From: Eledone cirrhosa
Lineage: Eukaryota
Reading direction: 5' to 3'
Length of the DNA: 64,000 bases
NCBI GenBank assembly: GCA_964016885.1
Contig: OZ024741.1
Span: 250,852,001-250,916,000 of the forward strand
This document shows positions 24,501-40,000 of the stretch, piece after piece; position 1 is the stretch's first letter, and every line of letters begins with the position of its first letter. The translations under genes were made by a program, and so were the position numbers. The notes beneath the pieces were generated by a model. The model made no database searches and had not been told where the DNA came from. It saw nothing but the letters and a program-made list of their open reading frames with translations.

Positions 24501-26905
24501 CAACAAACACCAAGCACCAAGCACCAAACACCAAACACCAAGCACCAAACACCAAACACCAAGCACCAAGCACCAAACACCAAACACCAAGCACCAAGCA
24601 CCAAACACCAAGCACCAAGCTCCAAACACCAAGCACCAAACACCAAGAACCAAGCACCAAACACCAAGCACCAAGCACCAAGTACAAACACCAAGCACCA
24701 AGCACCAAACACCAAGCACCAAGCTCCAAACACCAAGCACCAAACACCAAGAACCAAGCACCAAACACCAAGCACCAAGCACCAAGTACAAACACCAAGC
24801 ACCAAGCACCAAACACCAAGCACCAATCACCAAACACCAAACACCAAGCACCAAACACCAAACACCAAGCTCCAGACACCAAGCACCAAACACCAAACAC
24901 GAAGCACCAAGCACCAAGCACCAAACACCAAACACCAAGCACCAAGCACCAAGCACCAAACACCAAGGACCAAGCACCAAGCACCAAGCACCAAGCACCA
25001 AGCACTAAACACCAAACACCAAAGACCAAGCACCAAGCACCAAGCACCAAACACAAAGCACCATGCACCTAGCACGAAACACCAAACACCAAGCACCAAG
25101 CACCAAACACCAAACACCAAACACCAAGCACCAAGCACCAAATACCAAGCACCAAGCACCAAGCACCAAACACCAAACACCAAGCACCAAGCACCAAACA
25201 CCAAGCACCAAAGACCAAACACCAAGCACCAAACACCAAACACCAAGCTCCAGACACCAAGTACCAAGCACCAAACACCAAGCACCAAGCACCAAGCAGC
25301 AAACACCAAGCAGCAAACAGAAAGCACCAAACAACAAACACCAAGCACCAAGCACTAAACACCAAGCACCAAGCACCAAGGACCAAACACCAAACACCAA
25401 GCACCAAGCACCAAACACCTAACACCAAGCACCAAGTACCAAGCACCAAACACCAAACACCAAGAACCAAGCACAAAACACCAAGCACCAAGCACCAAAT
25501 ACAAACACCAAGCACCAAACACCAAGCACCAAGCATAAAACACCAAGCATCAAACACCAAACACCAAACACCAAGCACCAAGCACCAAACACCAAGCACC
25601 AAACACCAAACACCAAGCTCCAGACACCAAGTACCAAGCACCAAACACCAAACACCAAGAACCAAGCACAAAACACCAAGCACCCAGCACCAAACACCAT
25701 GCACCAAGTACCAAGCAACAAACACCAAGCACCAAGCACCAAACACCAAACACCAAGCACCAAACACCAAACACCAAGCACCAAGCACCAAACACCAAAC
25801 ACCAAGCACCAAGCACCAAACACCAAGCACCAAGCTCCAAACACCAAGCACCAAACACCAAGAACCAAGCACCAAACACCAAGCACCAAGCACCAAGTAC
25901 AAACACCAAGCACCAAGCACCAAACACCAAGCACCAAGCTCCAAACACCAAGCACCAAACACCAAGAACCAAGCACCAAACACCAAGCACCAAGCACCAA
26001 GTACAAACACCAAGCACCAAGCACCAAACACCAAGCACCAAGCACCAAACACCAAACACCAAGCACCAAACACCAAACACCAAGCTCCAGACACCAAGCA
26101 CCAAACACCAAACACGAAGCACCAAGCACCAAGCACCAAACACCAAACACCAAGCACCAAGCACCAAACACCAAGGACCAAGCACCAAGCACCAAGCACC
26201 AAGCACCAAGCACTAAACACCAAACACCAAAGACCAAGCACCAAGCGCCAAGCACCAAACACCAAGCACCATGCACCTAGCGCGAAACACCAAGCACCAA
26301 GCACCAAACACCAACCACCCAGCACCAAGCACCAAACACCAAGCACCAAGCACCAAACACCAAACACCAAACACCAAGCACCAAGCACCAAACACCAAGC
26401 ACCAAGCACCAAGCACCAAACACCAAACACCAAGCACCAAGCACCAAACACCAAGCACCAAAGACCAAACACCAAACAGCAAACACCAAACAGCAAACAG
26501 CAAACACCAAACACGAAACAGCAAACACCATACAACAAACACCAAACACCAAAAAGCAGACACCAAACAGCAAACAGCAAACAGCAAACACCAAACAGCA
26601 AACACCAAACACCAAGCACCAAACACCAATCACCAAGCACCAAACACTAATCACCAAGCACCAAACACAAAGCACCAAGCACCAAACACCAAACACCAAG
26701 CACCAAAGACAAGCACCAAGCACCAAGCACCAAACACCAAGCACCAAGCCCCAGGCACCAAACACCAAGCACCGAGCACCAAATACCAACCACCCAGCAC
26801 CAAGCACCAAGCACCAAACACCAAGCACCAAGCACCAAACACCAAACACCAAACACCAAGCACCAAGCACCAAACACCAAGCACCAAGCACCAAGCACCA
26901 AACAC
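19960..26905. repeat. Near-identical tandem duplication, period 3563/3570 bp (~19960-23340 vs ~23525-26905), each copy containing an internal ~1.2 kb duplication
   Basis: Pseudo-ORF pairs 20143/23706 and 20577/24140 (3563), 21435/25005, 21499/25069 and 22129/25699 (3570). Internal pairs 20577/21785 (1208) and 24140/25355 (1215). Confidence 0.9.
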
Positions 26906-29059
26906 CAAGCCCCAAGCACCAAGCACCAAACACCAAGCACCAAACACCAAGCATCAAACACCAAACACCAAACACCAAGCACCTAGCACCAAACACCAAA
27001 CACCAAGCACCAAGCACCAAGCAGCAAACACCAAGCAGCAAACAGAAAGCACCAAACAACAAACACCAAGCACCAAGCACTAAACACCAAGCACCAAGCA
27101 CCAAGGACCAAACACCAAACACCAAGCACCAAGCACCAAACACCTAACACCAAGCACCAAGTACCAAGCACCAAACACCAAACACCAAGAACCAAGCACA
27201 AAACACCAAGCACCAAGCACCAAATACAAACACCAAGCACCAAACACCAAGCACCAAGCATAAAACACCAAGCATCAAACACCAAACACCAAACACCAAG
27301 CACCAAGCACCAAACACCAAGCACCAAACACCATACACCAAGCTCCAGACACCAAGTACCAAGCACCAAACACCAAACACCAAGAACCAAGCACAAAACA
27401 CCAAGCACCCAGCACCAAACACCATGCACCAAGTACCAAGCAACAAACACCAAGCACCAAGCACCAAACACCAAACACCAAGCACCAAGAACCAAACACC
27501 AAACACCAAGCACCAAGCACCAAACACCAAGCATATAACACCAAACACCAAACACCAAGCACCAAGCACCAAACACCAAACACCAAGCACCAAGCACCAA
27601 ACAGCAAGCACCCAGCACCAAACACCAAGCACCAAGCACCAAACACCAAGCACCAAGCACCAAGCAACAAGCACCAAACACCAAACACCAAACACCAAAC
27701 ACCAAGCACCAAACACCAAACACCAAGCACCAGACACCAAGCACCAGACACCAAGCACCAAACACCAAGCACCAAGCACCAAGCACCAAACACCAAACAC
27801 CAAGCACCAAACAACAAACACCAAGCACCAAGCACCAAACACCAAGCACCAAAGACCAAACACCAAACAGCAAACACCAAACACGAAACAGCAAACACCA
27901 TACAGCAAACACCAAACAGCAAAAAGCAGACACCAAACAGCAAACACCAAACACCAAACACCAAACAGCAAACACCAAACACCAAGCACCAAACACCAAG
28001 TACCAAGCACCAAACACTAATCACCAAGCACCAAACACAAAGCACCAAGCACCAAACACCAAACACCAAGCACCAAAGACCAAGCACCAAGCACCAAGCA
28101 CCAAACACCAAGCACCAAGCACCAAGCACCAAACACCAAGCACCAAGCACCAAATACCAACCACCCAGCACCAAGCACCAAGCACCAAACACCAAGCACC
28201 AAGCACCAAACACCAAACACCAAACACCAAGCACCAAGCACCAAACACCAAGCACCAAGCACCAAGTACCAAACACCAAGAACCAAGAACCAAACACCAA
28301 GCACCAAGCACCAAGTACAAACACCAAGCACCAAGCACCAAACACCAAGGACCAAGCACCAAGCACCAAGCACCAAGCACCAAGCACCAAACACCAAACA
28401 CAAAACACCAAGCACCAAGCACCAAACACCAAACTCCAAGCACCAAGCACCAAACACCAAGCACCAAGCACCAAGTACCAAACACCAAGAACCAAGAACC
28501 AAACACCAAGCACCAAGCACCAAGTAGAAACACCAAGCACCAAGCACCAAACACCAAGCACCAAGCACCAAACATCAAACACCAAGCATAAAACACCAAG
28601 CACCAAACACCAAACACCAAGCACCAAGCACCAAGCATCAAACACCAAGCATATAAAACCAAACACCAAGCACCAAGCACCAAGCACCAAGCATGCAACA
28701 CCAAACACCAAGCCCCAAGCACCAAACACCAAACACCAAGCACCAAGCACCAATCACCAAACAACAAGCACCAAGCACCAAGCACCAAACACCAAGCACC
28801 AAGCCACAAACACCAAACACCAAACACCAAGCACCAAACACCAAGCACCAAACACCAAGCACCAAGCACCAAACACCAAGCACCAAGCACGAAGCACAAA
28901 ATACCAAGCACCAAGCACCAAACACCTAACACCAACCACCAAGCACCAAGCACCAAGCACCAAACGACAAGCACCAAACACCCAAACACCAAGCACCAAG
29001 CACCAAACACCAAGCACCAAGCACCAAACACCAAGAACCAAGCACCAAACACCAAGCAC

Positions 29060-32000
29060 CAAGCACCAAACACCAAGCACCAAGCACCAAGTACAAACAC
29101 CAAGCACCAAGCACCAAACACCAAGCACCAAGCACCAAGCATCAAACACCAAGCATCAAACACCAAACACCAAGCACCAAGCACCAAACACCAAACACCA
29201 AGCACCAAGCACCAAACACCAAGCACAAAACACCAAACACCAAGCACCAAGCACCAAACACCAAACACCAAGCACCAAGCACCAAACACCAAACACCAAG
29301 CACCAAACACCAGACACCAAGCACCAAACACCAAACATCAAGCCCCAAGCACCAAACACCAAACAACAAGCACCAGGCACCAAGCACCAAACACCAAACA
29401 CCAAGCACTAAGCACCAAACACCAAGCACCAAACACCAAACACCAAGCACCAAGCACCAAGCACCAAACACCAAACAGCAAAGAGGAAACACCAAACAGC
29501 AAACAGCAAACACGAAAAAGCAGACACCAAAGAGCAAAGAGCAAACACCAAACACCAAACAGCAAACAACAAACACAAAACACCAAGCACCAAGCACCAA
29601 GCACCAAGCACCAAACAACAAGCACCAGGAACCAAGCACCAAACACCAAACACCAAGCACTAAGCACCAAACACCAAGCACCAAACACCAAACACCAAGC
29701 ACCAAGCACCAAGCACCAAACACCAAACATGAAACAGCAAACACCATACAGCAAACACCAAACACGAAAAAGCAGACACCAAACAGCAAAGAGCAAACAC
29801 CAAACACCAAACAGCAAACAACAAACACAAAACACCAAGCACCAAGCACCAAGCACCAAACACCAAACACCAAGCACCAAACACCAAGCACCAAGCACCA
29901 AGCGACAAACACCAAGCAACAAGCACCATGCACCAAACACCAAGCACCAAGCACCAAGCACCAAACACCCAGCACCAAGCACCAAGCACCAAACACCAAG
30001 CACCAAACACCAAACATCAAGCCCCAAGCACCAAACACAAAACACCAAGCACCAAGCACCAAACACCAAGCACCAAACAGCAAGCACCAAACACCAAACA
30101 CCAAACAGCAAACACCAAACAGCAAACGGCAAACACCAAACAGCAAACAGCAAACACCAAACACGAAGCACCAAGCACCAAACACCAAGCACTAAGCACC
30201 AAACACCAAGCACCTAGCACCAAGCACCAAACACCAAGCACCAAACACCAAACACCAAGCACCAAGCACCAGGCACAAAACACCAAGCACGCAGCAGGAA
30301 ACACCAAGCACCAAGCACCAAGCACCAAACACCAAGCACCAACCACCAACCACCAAACACCAAACACCAAACAACAAGCACCAAGCACCAAGCACCAAAC
30401 ACCAAGCACCAAGCACCAAACACCAAATACCAAGCACCAAGCACCAAACACCAAGCACCAAAGACTAAAGACCAAACAGGAAACACCAAACACCAAACAG
30501 CAAACAATAAACACGAAACAGCAAACACCATACAGCAAACACCAAACACCAAAAAGCAGACACCAAACAGCAAACAGCAAACACCAAACACCAAACACCA
30601 AACACCAAACAGCAAACACCAAACACCAAGCACCAAACACCAAACACCAAGCACCAAACACCAAGCACCAAGCACCAAACTCCAAACCCCAAGCAGCAAG
30701 CACCAAACACTAATCACCAAGCACCAAGCACCAAACACCAGACACCAAGCACCAAACACCAAACATCAAGCCCCAAGCACCAAACACCAAACACCAAGCA
30801 CCAAGCACCAAGCACCAAACACCAAACAGCAAACAGGAAACAGCAAACAGCAAACAGCAAACTCCAAACATGAAACAGCAAACACCATACAGCAAACACC
30901 AAACACGAAAAAGCAGACACCAAACAGCAAACAGCAAACACCAAACACCAAACAGCAAACAGCAAACACCACACACCAAGCACCAAGCACCAAGCACCAA
31001 ACACCAAACACCAAGCACCAAACACCAAGCACCAAGCACCAAGCGACAAACACCAAGCACCAAGCACCATGCACCAAACACCAAGCACCAAGCACCAAAC
31101 ACCCAGCACCAAGCACCAAGCACCAAACACCAAGCACCAAACACCAAACACCAAACACCAAGCACCAAGAACCAAGCACCAAAAACCAAGCACCAAGCAC
31201 CAAGTACAAACACCAAGCACCAAGCACCAAACACCAAGCACCAAGCACCAAGCATCAAACACCAAGCATCAAACACCAAACACCAAGCACCAAGCACCAA
31301 ACACCAAACACCAAGCACCAAGCACCAAACACCAAGCACAAAACACCAAACACCAAGCACCAAGCACCAAACACCAAACACCAAGCACCAAGCACCAAAC
31401 ACCAAACACCAAGCACCAAACACCAGACACCAAGCACCAAACACCAAACATCAAGCACCAAGCACCAAACACCAAACAACAAGCACCAGGCACCAAGCAC
31501 CAAACACCAAACACCAAGCACTAAGCACCAAACACCAAGCACCAAACACCAAACACCAAGCACCAAGCACCAAGCACCAAACACCAAACAGCAAAGAGGA
31601 AACACCAAACAGCAAACAGCAAACACGAAAAAGCAGACACCAAACAGCAAAGAGCAAACACCAAACACCAAACAGCAAACAACAAACACAAAACACCAAG
31701 CACCAAGCACCAAGCACCAAACAACAAGCACCAGGAACCAAGCACCAAACACCAAACACCAAGCACTAAGCACCAAACACCAAGCACCAAACACCAAACA
31801 CCAAGCACCAAGCACCAAGCACCAAACACCAAACATGAAACAGCAAACACCATACAGCAAACACCAAACACGAAAAAGCAGACACCAAACAGCAAAGAGC
31901 AAACACCAAACACCAAACAGCAAACAACAAACACAAAACACCAAGCACCAAGCACCAAGCACCAAACACCAAACACCAAGCACCAAACACCAAGCACCAA

Positions 32001-33490
32001 GCACCAAGCGACAAACACCAAGCAACAAGCACCATGCACCAAACACCAATCACCAAGCACCAAGCACCAAACACCCAGCACCAAGCACCAAGCACCAAAC
32101 ACCAAGCACCAAACACCAAACATCAAGCCCCAAGCACCAAACACAAAACACCAAGCACCAACCACCAAACACCAAGCACCAAACAGCAAGCACCAAACAC
32201 CAAACACCAAACAGCAAACACCAAACAGCAAACGGCAAACACCAAACAGCAAACACCAAGCACCAAGAACCAAGCACCAAAAACCAAGCACCAAGCACCA
32301 AGCACCAAACACCAAACACCAAGCACCAAACACCAAGCACCAAGCACCTAGCACCAAAAACCAAACACCTAGCACCAAGCACCAAACACCAAGCATCAAT
32401 CACCAAGCACCAAATACCAAGCAGCAAGCACCAAGCACCAAACACCAAGCACCAAGAACCAAACACCAAACACGAAGCACCAAGCACCAAACACCAAGCA
32501 CTAAGCACCAAACACCAAGCACCTAGCACCAAGCACCAAACACCAAGCACCAAACACCAAACACCAAGCACCAAGCACCAGGCACAAAACACCAAGCACG
32601 CAGCAGGAAACAACAAGCACCAAGCACCAAGCACCAAACACCAAGCACCAAGCACCAACCACCAAACACCAAACACCAAACAACAAGATCCAAGCACCAA
32701 GCACCAAACACCAAGCACCAAGCACCAAACACCAAATACCAAGCACCAAGCACCAAACACCAAGCACCAAAGACTAAAGACCAAACAGGAAACACCAAAC
32801 ACCAAACAGCAAACAATAAACACGAAACAGCAAACACCATACAGCAAACACCAAACACCAAAAAGCAGACACCAAACAGCAAACAGCAAACACCAAACAC
32901 CAAACACCAAACACCAAACAGCAAACACCAAACACCAAGCACCAAACACCAAACACCAAGCACCAAACACCAAGCACCAAGCACCAAACTCCAAACCCCA
33001 AGCAGCAAGCACCAAACACTAATCACCAAGCACCAAGCACCAAACACCAGACACCAAGCACCAAACACCAAACATCAAGCCCCAAGCACCAAACACCAAA
33101 CACCAAGCACCAAGCACCAAGCACCAAACACCAAACAGCAAACAGGAAACAGCAAACAGCAAACAGCAAACTCCAAACATGAAACAGCAAACACCATACA
33201 GCAAACACCAAACACGAAAAAGCAGACACCAAACAGCAAACAGCAAACACCAAACACCAAACAGCAAACAGCAAACACCACACACCAAGCACCAAGCACC
33301 AAGCACCAAACACCAAACACCAAGCACCAAACACCAAGCCCCAAGCACCAAGCGACAAACACCAAGCACCAAGTACCATGCACCAAACACCAAGCACCAA
33401 GCACCAAACACCCAGCACCAAGCACCAAGCACCAAACACCAAGCACCAAACAGCAAACATCAAACACCAAGCACCAAGAACCAAGCACCA
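29060..33490. repeat. Tandem ~2.1-2.3 kb duplication (~29060-31190 vs ~31180-33490)
   Basis: GAGGAAA at 29483/31596 (2113). Pseudo-ORF pairs 29729/31835 (2106), 30465/32774 and 30870/33179 (2309). The 203 bp difference equals 29 heptamers present only in the second copy near 32255-32460. Confidence 0.85.
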
Positions 33491-34019
33491 AAAACCAAGC
33501 ACCAAGCACCAAGCACCAAACACCAAACACCAAGCACCAAACACCAAGCACCAAGCACCTAGCACCAAAAACCAAACACCTAGCACCAAGCACCAAACAC
33601 CAAGCATCAATCACCAAGCACCAAATACCAAGCAGCAAGCACCAAGCACCAAACACCAAGCACCAAGAACCAAACACCAAACACCAAGCACCAAGCACCA
33701 AACACCTAACACCAAGCACCAAGCACCAAGCACCAAACACCAAGCACCAAGCACCAAGCACCAAACACCAAGCACCAAACACCAAACACCAAGCACCAAG
33801 CACCAGGCACCAAACACCAAGCACGCAGCACGAAACACCAAGCACCAAGCACCAAACACCAAGCACCAAGCACCAAACACCAAACACCAAACACCAAACA
33901 ACAAGCACCAAGCACCAAGCACCAAACACCAAGCACCAAGCACCAAACACCAAATACCAAGCACCAAGCACCAAACACCAAGCACCAAAGACTAAAGACC
34001 AAACAGGAAACACCAAACA

Positions 34020-37000
34020 CCAAACGCCAACCACCCAGCACCAAGCACCAAGCACCAACCACCAAGCACCAAACACCAAACACCAAGCACCAAGTACCAA
34101 ACACCAAGCACGAAGCACGAAGCACCAAACACCAAGCCCCAAGTACCAAGCACCAAACACCAAGCACCAAACACCAAGCACCAAGCACCAAGCACCTAGC
34201 ACCAAACACCAAACACCAAGCACCAAGCACCAAACACCAAGGACCAATCACCAAGCACCAAGCAGCAAGCAGCAAGCACCAAACACCAAACACCAAGCAC
34301 CAAGCACCAAACACCAAGCACCAAGCACCAAACACCAAGCACCAATCACCAAGCACCAAACACCAAGCAGCAAGAAGCAAGCACCAAACACCAAACACCA
34401 AGCACCAAGCACCAAACACCAAGCACCAAGCAACAAACACCATGCACCAGGCACCAAGCACCAAACACCAAGCACCAAGCACCAAGCATCAAGTACCAAG
34501 CATCAAACACCAAACACCAAGCACCAAGCACCAAACACCAAACACCAAGCATCAAACACCAAACACAAAACACCAAGCACCAAGCAGCAAGCACCAAGCA
34601 CGCAGCACCAAACAGCAAACACCAAGCACCAATCACCAAACAACAAGCACCAGGCACCAAGCACCAAACACCAAACACCAAGCAGCAAGCACCAAACACC
34701 AAACACCAAGAACCAAGCACCAAACACCAAACAGCAAACAATAAACACGAAACAGCAAACACCAAACACCAAACAGCAAACACCAAATATGAAACAGCAA
34801 ACACCATAGAGCAAACACCAAACACCAAAAAGCAGACACCAAACAGCAAACAGCAAACACCAAACACCAAACAGCAAACAGCAAACAGCAAACACCAAGC
34901 ACCAAACACCAAGTACCAAGCACCAAACACCAAGCACCAAGCACCAAACACCAAACCCCAAGCACCAAGCACCAAACACTAATCACAATGCACCAAGCAC
35001 CAAGCACCAAACACCAAGCACCAAGCACCAAGCACTAAACACCAAACACCAAAGACCAAGCACCAAGCACCAAGCACCAAACACCAAGCACCAAGCCCCA
35101 AGCACCAAACACCAAGCACCAAGCACCAAACACAAACCACCCAGCACCAAGCACCAAACACCAAGCACCAAGCACCAAGCACCAAACACCAAACACCAAG
35201 CACCAAACACCAAGCACCAAGCACCTAGCACCAAAAACCAAACACCTAGCACCAAGCACCAAACACCAAGCATCAATCACCAAACAGCAAACAATAAACA
35301 CGAAACAGCAAACACCATACAGCAAACACCAAACACGAAAAAGCAGACACCAAACAGCAAACAGCAAACACCAAACACTAAACACCAAACACCAAACAGC
35401 AAACACCAAACACCAAGCACCAAACACCAAACTCCAAGCACCAAACACCAAGCACCAAGCACCAAACACCAAACCCCAAGCAGCAAGCACCAAACACTAA
35501 TCACCAAGCACCAAGCACCAAACACCAAGCACCAAGCAGCAAACACCAAACACCAAGCACCAAAGACCAAGCACCAGGCACCAAGCACCAAACACCAAGC
35601 ACCAAGCACCAAGCACCAAACACCAAGCACCAAGCACCAAACGCCAACCACCCAGCACCAAGCACCAAGCACCAAACACCAAGCACCAAACACCAAACAC
35701 CAAGCACCAAGCACCAAACACCAAGCACGAAGCACCAAGCACCAAACACCAAGGACCAATCACCAAGCACCAAGCAGCAAGCAGCAAGCACCAAACACCA
35801 AACACCAAGCCCCAAGTACCAAGCACCAAACACCAAGCACCAAACACCAAGCACCAAGCACCAAGCACCTAGCACCAAACACCAAACACCAAGCACCAAA
35901 CACCAAGCACCAAACACCAAGCACCAAACACCAAGCAGCAAGCACCAAGCACCAAACACCAAGCACCAAGAACGAAACACCAAACACCAAGCACCAAGCA
36001 CCAAACACCTAACACCAAGCACCAAGCACCAAACACCAAGCACCAAGCACCAGGCACCAAACACCAAGCACGCAGCACGAAACACCAAGCACCAAACACC
36101 AAGCACCAAGCACCAAACACCAAACACCAAACACCAAACAACAAGCACCAAGCACCAAGCACCAAACACCAAGCACCAAGCACCAAACACCAAATACCAA
36201 GCACCAAGCACCAAACACCAAGCACAAAAGACTAAAGACCAAACAGGAAACACCAAACACCAAACACCAAACACCAAACAGCAAACAATAAACACGAAAC
36301 AGCAAACACCATACAGCAATCACCAAACACCAAAAAGCAGACACCAAACAGCAAACACCAAACACCAAGCACCAAACACCAAACACCAAGCACCAAACAC
36401 CAAGCACCAAGCACCAAACACCAAACCCCAAGCAGCAAGCACCAAACACTAATCACCAAGCACCAAGCACCAAACACCAAACACCAAGCACCAAAGACCA
36501 AGCACCAGGCACCAAGCACCAAACACCAAGCACCAAGCACCAAGCACCAAACACCAATCACCAAGCACCAAACGCCAACCACCCAGCACCAAGCACCAAG
36601 CACCAACCACCAAGCACCAAACACCAAACACCAAGCACCAAGTACCAAACACCAAGCACGAAGCACCAAGCACCAAACACCAAGCCCCAAGTACCAAGCA
36701 CCAAACACCAAGCACCAAACACCAAGCACCAAGCACCAAGCACCTAGCACCAAACACCAAACACCAAGCACCAAGCACCAAACACCAAGGACCAATCACC
36801 AAGCACCAAGCAGCAAGCAGCAAGCACCAAACACCAAACACCAAGCACCAAGCACCAAACACCAAGCACCAAGCACCAAACACCAAGCACCAATCACCAA
36901 GCACCAAACACCAAGCAGCAAGAAGCAAGCACCAAACACCAAACACCAAGCACCAAGCACCAAACACCAAGCACCAAGCAACAAACACCATGCACCAGGC

Positions 37001-40000
37001 ACCAAGCACCAAACACCAAGCACCAAGCACCAAGCATCAAGTACCAAGCATCAAACACCAAACACCAAGCACCAAGCACCAAACACCAAACACCAAGCAT
37101 CAAACACCAAACACAAAACACCAAGCACCAAGCAGCAAGCACCAAGCACGCAGCACCAAACAGCAAACACCAAGCACCAATCACCAAACAACAAGCACCA
37201 GGCACCAAGCACCAAACACCAAACACCAAGCAGCAAGCACCAAACACCAAACACCAAGAACCAAGCACCAAACACCAAACAGCAAACAATAAACACGAAA
37301 CAGCAAACACCAAACACCAAACAGCAAACACCAAATATGAAACAGCAAACACCATAGAGCAAACACCAAACACCAAAAAGCAGACACCAAACAGCAAACA
37401 GCAAACACCAAACACCAAACAGCAATCAGCAAACAGCAAACACCAAGCACCAAACACCAAGTACCAAGCACCAAACACCAAGCACCAAGCACCAAACACC
37501 AAACCCCAAGCACCAAGCACCAAACACTAATCACAATGCACCAAGCACCAAGCACCAAACACCAAGCACCAAGCACCAAGCACTAAACACCAAACACCAA
37601 AGACCAAGCACCAAGCACCAAGCACCAAACACCAAGCACCAAGCCCCAAGCACCAAACACCAAGCACCAATCACCAAGCACCAAACACCAAGCAGCAAGA
37701 AGCAAGCACCAAACACCAAACACCAAGCACCAAGCACCAAACACCAAGCACCAAGCAACAAACACCATGCACCAGGCACCAAGCACCAAACACCAAGCAC
37801 CAAGCACCAAGCATCAAGTACCAAGCATCAAACACCAAACACCAAGCACCAAGCACCAAACACCAAACACCAAGCATCAAACACCAAACACAAAACACCA
37901 AGCACCAAGCAGCAAGCACCAAGCACGCAGCACCAAACAGCAAACACCAAGCACCAATCACCAAACAACAAGCACCAGGCACCAAGCACCAAACACCAAA
38001 CACCAAGCAGCAAGCACCAAACACCAAACACCAAGAACCAAGCACCAAACACCAAACAGCAAACAATAAACACGAAACAGCAAACACCAAACACCAAACA
38101 GCAAACACCAAATATGAAACAGCAAACACCATAGAGCAAACACCAAACACCAAAAAGCAGACACCAAACAGCAAACAGCAAACACCAAACACCAAACAGC
38201 AAACAGCAAACAGCAAACACCAAGCACCAAACACCAAGTACCAAGCACCAAACACCAAGCACCAAGCACCAAACACCAAACCCCAAGCACCAAGCACCAA
38301 ACACTAATCACAATGCACCAAGCACCAAGCACCAAACACCAAGCACCAAGCACCAAGCACTAAACACCAAACACCAAAGACCAAGTACCAAGCACCAAGC
38401 ACCAAACACCAAGCACCAAGCCCCAAGCACCAAACACCAAGCACCAAGCACCAAACACAAACCACCCAGCACCAAGCACCAAACACCAAGCACCAAGCAC
38501 CAAGCACCAAACACCAAACACCAAGCACCAAACACCAAGCACCAAGCACCTAGCACCAAAAACCAAACACCTAGCACCAAGCACCAAACACCAAGCATCA
38601 ATCACCAAGCACCAAACACCAAGTAGCAAGCACCAAACACCAAACACCAAGCACCAAGCACCAGGCACCAAACACCAAGCACGCAGCACGAAACACCAAG
38701 CACCAAGCACCAAACACCAAGCACCAAGCACCAAGCACCAAACACCAAACACCAAACAACAAGCACCAAGCACCAAGCACCAAACACCAAGCACCAAGCA
38801 CCAAACACCAAATACCAAGCACCAAGCACCAAACACCAAGCACCAAAGACTAAAGACCAAACAGGAAACACCAAACACCAAACACCAAACACCAAACAGC
38901 AAACAATAAACACGAAACAGCAAACACCATACAGCAAACACCAAACACGAAAAAGCAGACACCAAACAGCAAACAGCAAACACCAAACACTAAACACCAA
39001 ACACCAAACAGCAAACACCAAACACCAAGCACCAAACACCAAACTCCAAGCACCAAACACCAAGCACCAAGCACCAAACACCAAACCCCAAGCAGCAAGC
39101 ACCAAACACTAATCACCAAGCACCAAGCACCAAACACCAAGCACCAAGCAGCAAACACCAAACACCAAGCACCAAAGACCAAGCACCAGGCACCAAGCAC
39201 CAAACACCAAGCACCAAGCACCAAGCACCAAACACCAAGCACCAAGCACCAAACGCCAACCACCCAGCACCAAGCACCAAGCACCAAACACCAAGCACCA
39301 AACACCAAACACCAAGCACCAAGCACCAAACACCAAGCACGAAGCACCAAGCACCAAACACCAAGGACCAATCACCAAGCACCAAGCAGCAAGCAGCAAG
39401 CACCAAACACCAAACACCAAGCCCCAAGTACCAAGCACCAAACACCAAGCACCAAACACCAAGCACCAAGCACCAAGCACCTAGCACCAAACACCAAACA
39501 CCAAGCACCAAACACCAAGCACCAAACACCAAGCACCAAACACCAAGCAGCAAGCACCAAGCACCAAACACCAAGCACCAAGAACGAAACACCAAACACC
39601 AAGCACCAAGCACCAAACACCTAACACCAAGCACCAAGCACCAAACACCAAGCACCAAGCACCAGGCACCAAACACCAAGCACGCAGCACGAAACACCAA
39701 GCACCAAACACCAAGCACCAAGCACCAAACACCAAACACCAAACACCAAACAACAAGCACCAAGCACCAAGCACCAAACACCAAGCACCAAGCACCAAAC
39801 ACCAAATACCAAGCACCAAGCACCAAACACCAAGCACAAAAGACTAAAGACCAAACAGGAAACACCAAACACCAAACACCAAACACCAAACAGCAAACAA
39901 TAAACACGAAACAGCAAACACCATACAGCAATCACCAAACACCAAAAAGCAGACACCAAACAGCAAACACCAAACACCAAGCACCAAACACCAAACACCA

